From: Lingula anatina
Lineage: Eukaryota; Animalia; Brachiopoda
NCBI GenBank assembly: GCA_051362555.1
Contig: CM120641.1
Coordinates: 620,001 to 684,000 of the forward strand
Direction: 5' to 3'
DNA: 64,000 nucleotides
In this document: positions 25,330 through 40,001 of the stretch, piece after piece
Layout: the number at the start of each line of letters is the position of its first letter
Position numbering within the stretch: position 1 is the stretch's first letter
Position numbers and translations under genes: made by a program
The notes under the pieces: generated by a model
Database searches by the model: none
Told to the model about the DNA's origin: nothing
The model's input: the letters and a program-made list of their open reading frames with translations, nothing else

Positions 25330-28078
25330 GTTTTGACTTCTGAAGGTAATTTGTGTACAAATATTTCAAAGAGGATTTCAATTGAACAAACTGACATCAA
25401 TCCTTGACTCTCCATAAAGCCCGTCTCTTCCACTTCTCTGTCCATCTCTCTTTTTTTACCTGTCCATGCGTGCATGCGCCGTGTGCACTCTTAGCCACAT
25501 TTACTCACACAGTAGGGACTGTGTGTGTTCAGTGACTTGCTGCAGGATTGCAAGAAACAATTTGGATTTGTATTAAATTTGGAAACTGAAAATTTGTGAA
25601 GAGAAGGGCTGTAAATAAACATTAATTTAGGTGGAAAAAAATGCAGTGATTCCAGTTTTCAACTCTTTTTTTTTTTTCTTATAGTGATTAATCTACAATT
25701 AATATCCATAGATCAGTTTTCTTCTTAATTGCATGTAGAAAATAGTGCCAAATGGAGAGAGAAAAAACAAAAAACATCTGACAAGTTGAAAAATCTGTTT
25801 AAAGTTTAGATAAACAATTTTATTGGACTTTGGGTAGCATAGGTTTCAGGTTTGCTTGATTGACATGCGGTCTTATCACCATATGGGTTCAACTGATTAT
25901 CCACAACCTAAACAAACGTGGAGTAACAGTTTAATGGACAGAGGCAGGACTGCCACACCAGTTCACTTGTCTTACCACCAGACACCTTCATCTCCTCTTT
26001 AATTTCTATAATAGGTCTTTTTAAGTTTTGCCTCTTCCAATTCTTTCAATACATAATCATCATCTTCTTCCCAGACATTAATAATCCATTGTTTGCCCAG
26101 TCCAGCGTAATTGAGAGGAGTGAAGTGGCCAAGATTTGACCAGAAGTCAATTCTAATTAAGTCAAGACTATAAACACAGCGGCCCAAGTGTTAGGATACA
26201 GAGAGCCATTAGTTGCACTGCTATCTCCGCTGTCACCCAGATATACACACACGCGGTGACATTGTTTACTCAGAACTTCTGTGAGGTGTCAGGCGAGACT
26301 GAAATTGATGCCATGTTGAAAATGTTGCAGTCTTAGGCTGTGTAACAATAGATTATGATCAAAATACTTTAGGGTAGTACAACAGGTGATTTTTTTGAAG
26401 TGTTTATTTTTTGGCAAATTTATAGGGATTCTTTGAGATAGAAACAGGTTCAGAGAGGAAATTTTGAGCAACAGAAAAAGATGGAGGGAGTGAAATAGAC
26501 AGAAGAAATGAAAACCCATTTATAAATATCAAACAAAAGTAGAAGTCATAAAGCACCCTATTGATATCGGGGTGGTCGACTTAAACGGCACAGGGGGAAA
26601 TTGTTCCAAGTTGTACTGCCAATTTTCTTCAAAAAATCAGAGGACAAACATTTAAGGAATTTAAATTGATACCATCCCAGCACAATATGGCTGGCCTTTA
26701 AAGCAGCAGGTTGGACCATGCAGGGGCTTTGATCGCGCACCTAGAGAAGCAGCATTCAACTGCGTTTACAAGCCAAACGATCTCAGAAATAATGGCAGAG
26801 CCGAGAGAAGCGGATGTTTGAATGCTGTATCTCCCCAGTGGTGTGGGGCACACGCTGGTCGAGGTTTGAATACATTTACCAGGTGATCTGGGTTGGAGTC
26901 AAATTAAACCCAGAGCTGGATGACGGACTTCAATACCTGCTGATCTCTCTAGGTTGATTCAGTAACTGGCCCTCCTTACACACCTCACATCTCACGTGTT
27001 GTAGATACAATATATAGATATTTTTATGCCAAGGATACTGTCATTTGGCAAAAAGAATAAAACATTTCAGCAATAAATTATTTTCTCTTTTATCTCCTTT
27101 ACTTGATTTTTTTTTCACCTCCAACAACAAAGGTCATTATGAACAAAACTTGTCATCCTGATGAATAAAAATTTGCAGCCCAAAAATTTATGATGCTTCT
27201 TTTGTTCTGGAGCAGTGTTTTATTTGTGCAGATTTTACTTCAATACTACACATTTAGGCCAGTCTTTCTGAGTGAAAAAAAAAACAAAAAAACGCCAAAG
27301 ACCAAAAAATAAAAAATTAAAAAAAAACTGGTGATGCTCTCTGGTGCCGCCCTTACTGTTCCCAGTATGTGACAGAGTTCTGAATCAATGGCCGCCACAG
27401 GTCCCCACACCCAGCAGTACTCAGCCAAAATTGAAGCAGACGTTTAGTGTGGTTTCATGCTGTATCCTTGTTACGGAAAAATAAATGAGTAGCACCCAGT
27501 ACAAAAATATCGGAATTTATGAAACGGAGTCCTGCTGAGTGAATATGTATCATATTAAAAATTGAAGGAGGAGTTGCTGTTTGAGAGGAAGAAGAATGTC
27601 CCGTGTCAGTTTGGAAATGTCAGATTTTTAGACTGCCTAGATTGGAATGGAAGTTTGAATTGAAATGAGTCTATTTGTTAAAAAGTTTCAAATTTTAATT
27701 TATTTTGAGCATGATTGAAATAAAATCATTTGAAGAAAAATTAGAGTTAAGTCAAGAGATCAAAACTGGAATGAAAAATATTTCATATGTGTAACCACAT
27801 AAAATCTTCACATTTATAATTGTTTAAATTCTTTAAATGTCATTTATTTTTTTATTAAATTTGTTTTAGAAAGAACTTCCAGTTTTTTATAACAGTATAA
27901 CATTTTTTCAGCATAGCAAATATTTTATTCATAAAAAAAATAAATAAATAAAACAGTACTGAGAAAATTGAGTACAGATTACCAAATTTTAACAGTTAAG
28001 CCTAAAAACTGAATTGTGATTTTGTGTAGCAATTTGACATTAAGCCAAAAAAGTAACTCAAATTTTAATTTGTTTTAG

Positions 28079-28155
28079 CATCCATATCCCTCAGAAGAAC
28101 AGAAGAAACAATTAGCTCAAGATACTGGGTTGACAATACTACAAGTAAATAACTG
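28079..28155 (+). CDS. Meis: Meis homeodomain middle exon (HPYPSEEQKKQLAQDTGLTILQVNN-W)
   Basis: Acceptor tttgttttag ends at 28078 and donor gtaagt starts at 28156. Length 77 nt, phase 0 to 2. Contains the TALE PYP. Not in the ORF track. Confidence 0.98.
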
Positions 28156-31100
28156 GTAAGTCTGAAAATTTATTTTCAGTTACAATTTAAGAAGACTAAA
28201 CATAAGGGATCAAAGAAAAAGGTAGAGAAACAAGAAAATGTCTCTAATGAACAAACATTTCAAGTCAGCTGAGATTAGTCTTTTTCATGGGAAACCATGA
28301 AAGTTGCCGACATTCAATTTACATGGGTCAGTAAAATGGGCTACAAACAAATTACAACCTGCATCTGTTTGTGTCGGTTGTTTTTTTGGAAGCAGTACCA
28401 ATCAAGCAATTACAATGAGGGGGTCTGTTTAGCTCCTGGGGTGTCCATTTCTATCCCCTTAATTTTGTGTATCTCCATGCTACTCTTTGTTGGAAGGAGA
28501 GAGAAAAGTCTGGCCCTTAGTTTTGCTGTCTTTCTCCATCATGCGGTTGGTTGCCTCTGTCAGCTATGTTGTCTCCTTGTCAAGACCGACAATGCAACTA
28601 AATGTTTTGGGATGTACAGTATGACAAGCCATCAGATCGGCAACAGTTCTTCTTTGATGTGCGGCATGTGCGGTACACGGGCAACTGACAAGTATGTGCA
28701 ATGCTTGGACAGATTTTGTTGATTTATATTATATCATCTGTTACTCTGATGCTGGATTAGACCCAATGCCTGTGACAGCAGCCTCCTAATGCCTGTGACA
28801 TTGATGGGCCTTGTTGTGTGTATTATATACTGGTTAATTAAGGCCCTGTTTTGTCAGCTTTGACAGTACTTCTGGAGGTTTAGAGTTATGGTTGAAAATT
28901 TATCGACTTGACTCCTTTGTTAGGTAGTTGACAATTGTAATAAATACTAATGGCAGTATTGATGGTTGAAACGCTATCAACTATAAGCAAAGGAAACAAA
29001 TTTCACCTGGTTAATATCACATTAGGTCAAAATCAAAAAGTCACGTCTGACAAGTTTTTTTTTCCTTTTTCCCCACCCTTTCATTGTTTACTAAAAGACA
29101 GAATAAATCTTGGAATTTTTTTTAGCCTGAGTTACAAATTTAATTCTTTAACATGGTGAAGATTTGTGACAGTTCTTTCACACCTTCTGCACATCTCCCG
29201 TGATATGTCTGCTTGCTTTAACGGCTGGCATTGTTTTAGAATATAATGGCAGAGCTGTTTATAAATTCACTAAAACAAACACCATGGGGAAAGCGCTTCT
29301 TGTGATCCATTATTTCGCTGATTGAACTTGACAAGGCTACATTTGATCGGAATACTTTCCCGACTTTTTCCCTCTGTGCTCCACACACGGCCGACCACCT
29401 CCCCCTGCCCGCTGTATAGAAACATGCAATTTGTACATCTCCTTTCTCTTGAAAGACCAAGATTAATCAGAAATTTCCATGACACATAAAAGAAAAAATA
29501 AATTACAAAGCCTACAGAGCATACAACTCGCTAAATTACATAGTTAGATTACACTATCAAAATTGGTAAGGGATTTTGAGAAACAGTATTGCAAGGGTAA
29601 ATGCAATTTTTCAGGCGGAATTTTTTTAATGAAATTGATCGGAAGATCCCGTGGCATTGCAAATTAATGTCTAGATCTTGCAAATCATTCAGCAACCAGC
29701 TATTCCCATTTACTACTCTCAGAATACCAGATAATATTTTTTCACAGCTAATCTGTAAATTTTCCATTTATATTTATAAATACATATAAATGTTCACTTT
29801 TTCACAAATGACCTTTCTTTGCCCACATTTTTAGATGGGAAAAGTTTGGGCCGACATGTGGAAAAATCAAACTCTATTTTATGGTTCTCACCTTGTGCTA
29901 AAAACAATGGTTTTTATGGAGGCCATTAGCCTAATACCCACACATCTGCAGCGGCTTGTTAATTGCCTTTTGTCATGACATCGCTATGTATTGTGCTCAA
30001 AACAATAATACATGACCAATGTGGACAGATCTTGTTAAATGCTTCATTGTTGTTCATTCATTTATTTACTTTTTGCACCCAAGGTTCCAAACCCATTTAT
30101 CTATTAACTTAATTGCACACGATAGAAGCATGATTTATATATAAAAGAGCAGTTAGGACAATAACACACCGTTAACTTTATCCAAGCTACCTTCACATCA
30201 GGTACTTTGTGTTATAACGATTATTTTATCTTGGTCTTTTTTTTTTTTTTTTTTTTTGGTCAATGGAGAAAATGGAAATAAATGTCATCATACATCTATT
30301 TTATCTTTAAGTAATCAGGACCACATTTTATCTTGTCAAAGAACAGGTTGAACTCAATATCATTACCATTGTCAAGTTTTCCCTGTTTTTCCTTCACCTG
30401 CTTCATGGGGGGATTTTATTATATTATTTTTTTTTTTCAAAAAAAAATGTTTAGTTGATGTCAAACTGGAGGCTGAATGACTCCCGTTACGTATCTGTTT
30501 ACCTGTAGTTAATCAGGTATTCATTTGTTAAGTGTGTAAAAGAGCAGTTAAGACTGCTGTCTCATTAGCATTGTCTCTGTCACCTGTCAAAGACGGCCAC
30601 AATGGCTCACTACACCCGTTGCACTCAATTGGCTCTTTGTCCGGGGACCCAGCGTCCTCTCGCCCACAAAGGGCTGGGAAGGAGGACCCTGTCATTATAG
30701 CCCAGAGCACATAGAGGATGCGGTGTCTTGTCGTCTCCGCTGTCTCCTCGTACAGTTACCTGTGTAGGCTAATTTAGCAAAGGATGATTACCTCTGAATG
30801 GAGAAGTCAAAGATCAAAAGGCACCGGTAAGACACCTGACACCCGTGATCAGGCCAATAATTGCAACTTTAACCCAGTCAGTTTTGTTTGGGGTACAGAC
30901 ACTATTTATCTCCCATCTTCAGTCTGCAGCTCTAATCCACTAAACTTTGGGTCCCTACCAGAGGCAGGTATTGTGTGGAAAAATACAGAGACGATATGGT
31001 CTGTAACTGCCAACAAGAAGAAGGTGCTCATGTTTGATTTTTGCCAAAAGGAAAGTCAGTGAAGCGTACCTTACCTTGCACGCGAGGTTGTAATTATGCA

Positions 31101-34100
31101 TTATGCGCTGAAAGGAGTTGACGTTTATGCTGTATGAATGCATTGTACGCGACGCAGTGATTTTCAGGCCTTCACCACTCACCAAATGACATGGGGAGAG
31201 AGAGCCTTTTCATCTTTCATAGCAACATCTGAACATTATGGGAAAGCACAATGCTTGGTAACAATGGTACAAGTGGCATGATGATGACTGCCGGCGCACT
31301 CTGGAGGCTGCCGATGACTTGGGACATGAAACCAGTGCCAACTAGAAGTTCATGTTTATACATGTGACTGGGAAATTTTCAGTGTACTTGCTAACACTCT
31401 TTTAAAAAAAGTTTTCAAGTTTTTAAAAATGTGTGTTTGTATGAGTGCGTTGTAAGCAGGTATTTTATATGCCTCTTGTATGCGTCATGACATCATGAAG
31501 AGTCCTTTATCATTCTGTACTGCGTCACTTCACTATACAACACAAAACAGTTTTTGGTTTTTCTCTTGACTCGGATGCGTGGAAACATAATTAGGCCTCA
31601 GTGGAAATCAAATGGAGTAATATTACTACTTTGCCCAAAACATCATTATTTTCCTTGAGTAGCAGACACAGAACGACCATATACTTGTCCGGACTTACTG
31701 CCTATGTGATCTTATTAGTAATGATTGTTAAATGAAATGTGTGCAAAATGCAGTCACGGTGTCTCAGCATCTCTCTCTTATTAGTGTCTGAGGAATTTAG
31801 TCGATGTATTTTTTACTGACAAACTAATAAAAGCCCCTTCCTCTTTCCCAGAATGCGTCGATAAAAGCTCAGCATTAATTAGAAGAAAAACCAGATTAGA
31901 ATTGGATGATTTAGGTGGATTTCAGCCCAGGTAATCAGGTTAGTTGTGGTTCATGGACAGTGGTATTTATTAATTGGGCCCTAATAGAGGAGGGGGGCAC
32001 AGCGCCATCTCCCCTAGGTAGCGAGGTGTATGTTAACCACGCACTCCACTTGGGGAGTGTTGATGCTGATTTGGTGAAGCAGTCAGTTGTGGCAGAGCGA
32101 TAGCCTTCGCCCCTCCGCTGCACCTTTCAGACGCCTTGGCAGCGGGACTCCAGGTTGGATTTCCTTACCTTGGCCAGAAGCTACTTAGTTTGCTAACTTT
32201 AGGGTTGTAACAGAATCTGGTGAATGGAGGACCTATGGGCCAGACTGTCTGTATCACCCCAGTGGTGTACAGACAGGTGAAAGCCGCTGTGATTACCTCT
32301 ACCTCTGGTAATAGGGCCATTGGCGTAGGGAAGAAAGATTGGAGGGGGGGGGGGGGGAGAACACCCTTCATCAACCTTAATTGCCCTCCTACCTTCAGTG
32401 TAGCACTGTACCTGTGTTATCTGTGAACACTAAGACTGCAGGAGGCAGTGGGAGTAGATAACAAACATTTAAGCACAGATTTGCAGGTGTTTACTTTGAC
32501 TTGCTCCCCCTTCCCCCCTTGCCTGTGTCTTCACTAGCAGGAGACTGATATTGAAGTCAGCTACATGACAGCATGGCAAAAGAGCACATGACAAGGAGTC
32601 TGCACTGCTACCCCCTGGTGACAATGAGGAGAACTACTATTGAAGTTTCTGGATGCTCTTACTTCCCTTGAGGAAAAAATGTATATTTAAATTTGAATCA
32701 TCTTTGACATTTGTGTTTTAAAGATACTAGTCGCTACTTGTCTAGATTAGTAGATAAATATCAACTGAGGGAATAGAAGTGAAAAATAGTAACTAGCAGT
32801 GAAAAATATGACAATCTATGCATATGATCATTTTTTAACAAAGTGCAAAAGGTTGTCAGCATCAATTTACTAGGATTTAATTCTTGATTATTAAAAGTGT
32901 AGATTTTCCCATGGATGAAATGAGATATCTGTAATAAACATTCCACAGACAGAGGATAGGAATAGCTTTTATTAGCAACTTTCCCCCCTTTTTTATACGG
33001 CCAAATTAGTTAATTAAAAATCACAATCTTGGTAGTAATTTCTAGGGTGAGTTGTACCAGATTCTTCTGTCACAATGGCAGAGTGACACAGGAGAAGTGT
33101 GAGAACACTGTCACACTAATGGATGGCTTATTACCATGGGGTGGGTCATTTGACATTATTTGCTTTTGTCCTGAGTTAGGTAGATTGTGTTAAGTTAGAT
33201 GTATTACAATTGTTGACACAGAGAGAAAAGTTTCTTAATGCAATGAAAGACTAGGGATAGCAGAAGAAATGGATGGAGATAGAAAAAAAATATTGATATT
33301 GTTTTTTTTTCTTTTGCCTGTAGACAGAAACAGGTAATAACCTTTTGTTTGATTGTAGTGAAAAGAACCTGAGATGAAAGAAAAAAGAAGTTTTATTTTT
33401 TGTGCTTTTCTCATTAAAGCCATTCGATTAAGAAATGGTAAATGACCTCTGATAATGCATTTCCAAATCTGTTTTCAATCCGGAATCCTGATTTTGTTTA
33501 ACATGAGTGGGGAAAAGTATGGGAGAGTTCACCAGATAGTTACAAGTTCAACTTAAGAGCTATTTCTGCACACTCAAAATGCACCATTTTGCCAGCTGCA
33601 CAACTCCTAGATTACATTTTCAGATTTTGAGCTCATGTATCCTGGACATAAACAATTCTGGAACCATAGCTCCTTGCCAAATAGTAAACTAATGGAGGTG
33701 CTGAAAACTCGTTACACTTCTCTGTTTAGGCTTGGATAAAAGTTAAACCCTGTCTAAAGTTGTTGGTTTTTACTAAGGGTAGTTTTTAGGCCAGTAGATT
33801 TCCTATTGCTATTAAACCGCTGTTTGGGTTAACTCATTTGTTTACTTATTAGCTCCTAAGGGAATTCACCTGCTTCAATTGTACTCATTCTGTTTGTTTC
33901 TTGTTTTCTATCACCTGCTGTTTTAATGTACTGTATTGTCCTCTTAGGCTTTTCATCTTCCTTCCTTTCATAAATGTAATTAGTTATTTAGTAAAAGGCT
34001 GAAGTGGTAGTAATACGTTGTCGTAGAGCAGTGGGAGCCTTTTGTTCTGTTAATTACTGTTGTACTTCATAACTGCTTCTTATCACTTGATTACTATGCT

Positions 34101-37100
34101 GGAAGCCCACTTGAATAGTTTTGCCATGATTAGTGCCAGTCAAGGCTGTTACTCAACTTGATAAAACAAAGCTGTCCCTACAATGGACCTTTTTAACGCT
34201 AATGATCTGTGCTCACTTAAGGGTACGAAAAAGTTGAGGCAGCAGATTTTTTGTTAGACTTCCAAGTTGTCTTGATGTAGTTTTAATGATAGTCAAAGAC
34301 TGATTGGGTTACATCTTACAGCTGGTCAGATGATAGAACACATGGAGGGGGTGGGGGTGGTAAGGAGGGTGGGGGGTGAGATAGCCAGGAGGGGACATGG
34401 AAGAAGGGAGGGTTGACAAGGAACTAAAAGTCCCAATAATCGGCACAACTGGCATTAATTGTCAACTCTATTGGATGAACAGTTGCCGAGTCATTAATTA
34501 GATTCCATAAACTCCTCTGTGGAGACAGGCATGGACTGGACTAACTGTCTGGGGACACTTGATAGGGAAGGAAGAAAATGATTCTGGATTATATTTTATA
34601 AAGTACAAGATAGGGTCCCCAGGATTTGATTATAAGTGATGAATTTTTTCAGTAATTTGCTTTGATGGGGGTTTGCTGCTCAGTAAGATCAAATAACTCA
34701 GCTGCGGCTTTGTTTCGCTGTCAGAAATAATATACATAGTAATTCAATCAAGCACTGGATCCAGTCACTGAAACCCATCTACTTTGGTCTCATTATGGCT
34801 TGATGGGCAAACCTCTTAGAACCCAGAAAATGTTGACCTCCTCCGATTGAATTAGTGCCTCATTGTTTTAAAGATGAGTTAGAAGCTTAGATGATGGATG
34901 AGCCCAGCCACCGAAGCCATGCAGTTCCCCAAATGCTCGAGTTACAGTTTAATGTTGTTTTCATTCCCTTATCAAAATTTTGATTTTGGTTGCCTTGGAA
35001 ACAGAGTAGTTTTCTGCTGCTCTCCAAGGACTGGATACTTGGAGAAGGACTGCTATTGTTTAAATAGAATTTGGGACAGATTTGCAGCATGATGAGCAGA
35101 AAGTGTTGTCTCTTGAAACTATTAAATCAGTAATGAAAGTTGTAAGCTTCACAAACGAATCACTAAAGAAAAGAATTGCACAAATAGGAGAAGGGGAGTC
35201 AGTAGCAGAAATGGAGATTTTGCATCCCAGAATATTACAGTGTTTAGTGTTGGCCAATTTGTAATTTATAATGCTTTTGTATATTGTGTATGCGGATTTT
35301 GTTTTATTATGGTCACTATATACATATCTAATTTTTCTTTTTCTTTATTTATTGGAATGATTTGCATGTTATAAAGTAATTATGTAATGGGTTTTCTTTT
35401 TTGTTTCTTTTTTTTTTTTGGGGGGGGGGGGGATTTCTACTCAAGGGAAATCTTCTACAACCAGTTGCCACCCGAGTTTTGTAAACATAATTAGTGATTT
35501 ATTTTTTTCACGTTTTTTTCTTACTTATCATTTCACTGGTTAATGTAACAGACCTCAGAAGACCCATAGTGTGTGTAAGCTGTCTGTCTATATATCTATC
35601 TGTCTGAAAGAGAGGGTTAGTGCTAGACACTGCTGGGTGATTCATTCCACTCCAGAGTTTCACACCATTGGAGTTGAGGTAGTGGCAATTTTTGCACCTG
35701 CTCACCCGTAGACTGGCTGGTGCATTCCGTATCCAGTTCCAGATCTTCAGCACAGACCTTCTCTCTCTCCATGGGGAACAGCAACAATCAGCAGCATTTT
35801 CACCTCATGCAGAAAATAAATAATACATTTTGTAATACATGGTGCTGTCAGAGAATTTGACAGCCTCAATCCATCATGATACGGAGAAATCTAATATTTT
35901 TCGCCCAAAAAAATTCTGCAGAAGTAAGCATTATGGACCTCATCTAATTAAGCCCAAAACAACAGGATGCCGTAAATTGGCAATTAAATTAAGCAGTAAG
36001 CTCCTAGGGTGTCAGGGAAGGTTTGCTGAGTGAGATGGAGAAAAAAATGGAGTAAAAAAAGTTTCTGTCTGTCTGCCTGTGCAAGAGCGGTGTTATGCTA
36101 CCAGTTTTCCAGTTGTGTCCACAGGCAGTAGTAAGTTGTCACCTGAAAGTTCCTGTAAGGACCCAACCACTGATGTACTCTCGAGTGATTTCACTTGTTC
36201 TTATAAGACAGTGAAGTTGACATTTTGGATCTAAAGGTACAAATCTGTCTAACTCTGACATTTTCATTTTCTTTTGTTCCCCCTTGCCATTGGATCTTTA
36301 CTCAAATTTTATGTATTTTCATTTTATTAAAAGGGAAAGAAACTACAGTGGGTTATACATCATAACATAATTGCAAAAATATCATTAATTATGCATGCAA
36401 CATTATTATATCCACCAAGTCACTTGTTGGGTTTTTTTTTTTTTTCATCAGAAGAAGCGCCATTTCCCTCTCAACATTTTGTTAAAAGCCCATTCACTTA
36501 TAATTCTTTTTATCCTGTCTCCAGTGGATTCTGGGAAGATCCTTGAATATCTCGGATGTCAAGATTTCTGTGAAGAGCCTGTCAATTAGCCAAGTAGCAG
36601 TTATTGTTGTCACTGTGCTTCTAAATGTTGCCTTTCTGCAATGATTGGGTGTTAGACTGGGTGTGAGTAGAGCTGGGGGGAAGTTGACAGGTATTGACAC
36701 TCTTGTTTGATCTCTTTATAGCCAAGTGGTAATTAGGCCCCTTCTATGTCAGCCTACATCAAAAAGACTGACAGTTACTAACTACATTATGGCCTTAATT
36801 AGTGCTCCACTGGCACAACAAGAGTTTTTGCCTGTCATATTTGTATGCATGAGCTGTCAAAAATTCCGTCTTGTCAGTCCAAAATTTCCATGTACTTAGT
36901 TAGAGAGGTTGTATTGTTTCTTTACCCAGTGCGCGGCCAATCATCAGTGACAAGTATTGGAGGAGAGCAACGCAGAATTGATAACCAAATGGCATTAAAG
37001 AACGGGAAGTTTTGAAAAGCGTTTGAACCAAAGCCAGTACTTTGGGTCCAACATCTACCATATGGGAATACTATAACTGTGCAGGAATTTTTGTTTTATG

Positions 37101-37481
37101 ATACTGATTAATTTTACATACTCATTAAAAAAGATATTTTTATATGAATTTATTTATTGATTGATTAATTGATTGATATATGATTGGAATTTTAATATTT
37201 GTTGATAACTTTTTATTTTAAATATAGTGATTCCTTCTTTGACATGGTATTTATTAGATGAAGATACTTTGGAATTGAAACAAGCATTTATGTACAAAAT
37301 TAGAAAGGATATAAAGCGGGGGTACACACCTCCCCAACCCCAACATTGTTATGTGACTTACATTTTAAAAAGCGTGTCTGTATTCTGATTCTGACATAAA
37401 AAAAAGATTCTGTGTGGTAGATAGTTTTGATGTATATACCTAACATACACTCATGATTAAATATATACATGTATATTTCAA

Positions 37482-37486
<5 letters not shown>

Positions 37487-37570
<84 letters not shown>
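37487..37570. repeat. Compound (CT)n(TA)n microsatellite
   Basis: Read directly from the sequence. Confidence 0.97.
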
Positions 37571-37571
<1 letters not shown>

Positions 37572-39918
37572 CTTGAGTTCAATCAGATTTATATTTGTAT
37601 AATCTTTCATATTGCACTTGCAATCACAATCTTATAAATGAAAATGGCGTACCTCCAATAACTGCTGCGCCTTCATAACCTCCCACACTTGTGGAAGTCG
37701 GCATTAACATTATGAAAAAAATCTCTAGGTGTCATGTTACTCCCTGTTCCTGAAGTTAAGCAGTATTTTTCTATTATTTAAGATCCAGCTACCTTTTTAA
37801 ATGATTCCATGTGACATAAGCTGGTGTTTATTGTTGTTTTCTGTTGTATTGAAGTACACAGTGCTCAGCATCGTCTTATTGATGATAAATAACTATTTCT
37901 GCCATTGTTTTTTATTCATGGTCTTTGGGTATTAAATTACAGTAAGTTTCATTTTTTCTTGTGCTGTAAAATATTATTTCCATATTTAGTGCAAAAGTTT
38001 ACAAACCAGCTGTTTTGGAAGTTGAAAGGTATAATGATGTAAGAGTTGTGAAATACAGGTATTTGTAACATTTTATATCATCATTTTCTTTTTCATCCTT
38101 ATAATACATTAATTTCTTACATTTGCGTGATCCATAACTAATCTCTTAATTACCTCTCATCTCAATAATCCCTTTCCTCATCCGCACAACTTTGTCAGTA
38201 TTTGCATTAATCAAGTCATCTATTGTTCATTAAAACAAATGAAAACGGACAAACATTAATTGCATTTATAAGCATGGCATCAGGAAGGTGGGACATTCTA
38301 ACAGTTCATATTGAATTGCCATTAATTCAGACACACATTCATCCTTGGAAATGGAGTAAAATTATGGGGGCTCATTTGTTGCCAAATGATGTGAAATCAT
38401 GACGGAGGGTTTTCTGATGAAGATTAATAATACCTTGCGCTAGGGATCGGAATATGATTGTTACCTAGACAACTGGAAGTTTATCAGTTATGTAGTCAAG
38501 GTGAAGGATTGGATGTGCTTTTACATCATCTTATATCTGGTTCTGTCGAGGAATTGATATTTTTCTTGAGAAATAGTTTCAGTAAGAATATTACTTTTCA
38601 TTGATAAAAAAAGAAACATTTTACCAAAACAGTTTGGGTGTACTAGTCTGTCAAAAGTAATAGACTTTCATGAAAAGAGGTAATCATTTATAAAAAATTG
38701 CAGATTGGTAACAATAATATTAAATTTGATTAATGAAGATTAGAAAGTATTTAAAATGGACAGAAAATTGAAGATCATTCTATAGAATTGCCTATTCTAT
38801 GATAGCAGTCCTTGTGCTGTCTGGGATTGGCCATGCTAGGAAGAGACATAGGGTCATATCATTCTTCTTGATTTAAAAATCATTTGTCTGATATTATTTT
38901 GATTCTAATTAGTCTCGTTGTGATGATCTGATCTTGATGACTTTCTAGAGGCTCTTGATTGCTCATTTTTTATCTGATCTACAAAATAAGAATTCAGATG
39001 CTAGGGAATATGCTGTCTTTAACTCCTGGAAAGTGATTTAATGATTAACCAGCCTCACTTGAGTGATATCAGAAGAAATACTATAGATAGGTAGATATTT
39101 GTATTCTGTGCTGAATGTAGAATACTCTGAAAATGTGAAGGCATATTAATGAGAAAGGACAAAAATAACGTCATGAAATGATTCCTAGAAATGCATCTTT
39201 GGAGACTTAAAATTGTTTTATCTTTGATGAGATTACGCGTCTTCAGCATCAATGTTTGTTTTTGAAAGACATTTACTGAGATGATTTTTAAGGTTTCTGA
39301 AACCTTCTTCGTTACATCTTTGACTGTTTAAAGAAAGTTATAACAAGCTTAGTGTTCTAGAAACCCATGCCCTGAATTAGTATCTCATTTTCAGTCTATT
39401 TTAAAGTAATGTTGTATTGACAGATGTTTACTTCTCTCTGCAGATGAAAAGAAAGCTACAACATGTCAATTCTGTGACTTAACCTTGATCAAGATCATAT
39501 TGTTTTTCTCTGCACAATTCTAATTATGAATTGTCTTTCCTTTCCTCTCAAGAATAAGTTTGTATGGATTTGAAAATTCAGACACTACCCAATTGCTTAA
39601 CCAATGGAGTCTAGGGCTACTTGTCTGAACAAGTTAGGACCCCCCCCCCCACCACCACCACCACCACCACCACCACCAGCCAAAGGTTAAGAAGTCCAGC
39701 TGCTTTATATGAGAAAATTAATCAAGAAAAAGTACATTCTGAAAGGTCTGTTTTTTAATTGAAAAGGATGTTGATGTAGGCAGTATTAGGAAATTAGTCA
39801 AGATTGTAACAAAGGAAAACTCTAGATGGAGTGTGATCTTAGATAGAGGTTGTCATTTTAACCATCCAAATTCAAACACATTTCCACACATGCATAAACA
39901 TGTGCCTGCCCTACCACA

Positions 39919-40001
39919 ACATATGCACGCATGCATGCGTGCGCGCGCATGCACACGCACACACACACACACACGCGCGCGTGCGCGCGCGCACACACAC
40001 A
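39919..40001. repeat. Alternating purine-pyrimidine tract (CA/CG/TG mix)
   Basis: Unbroken RY alternation for ~83 bp, including (GC)n runs. Confidence 0.9.
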
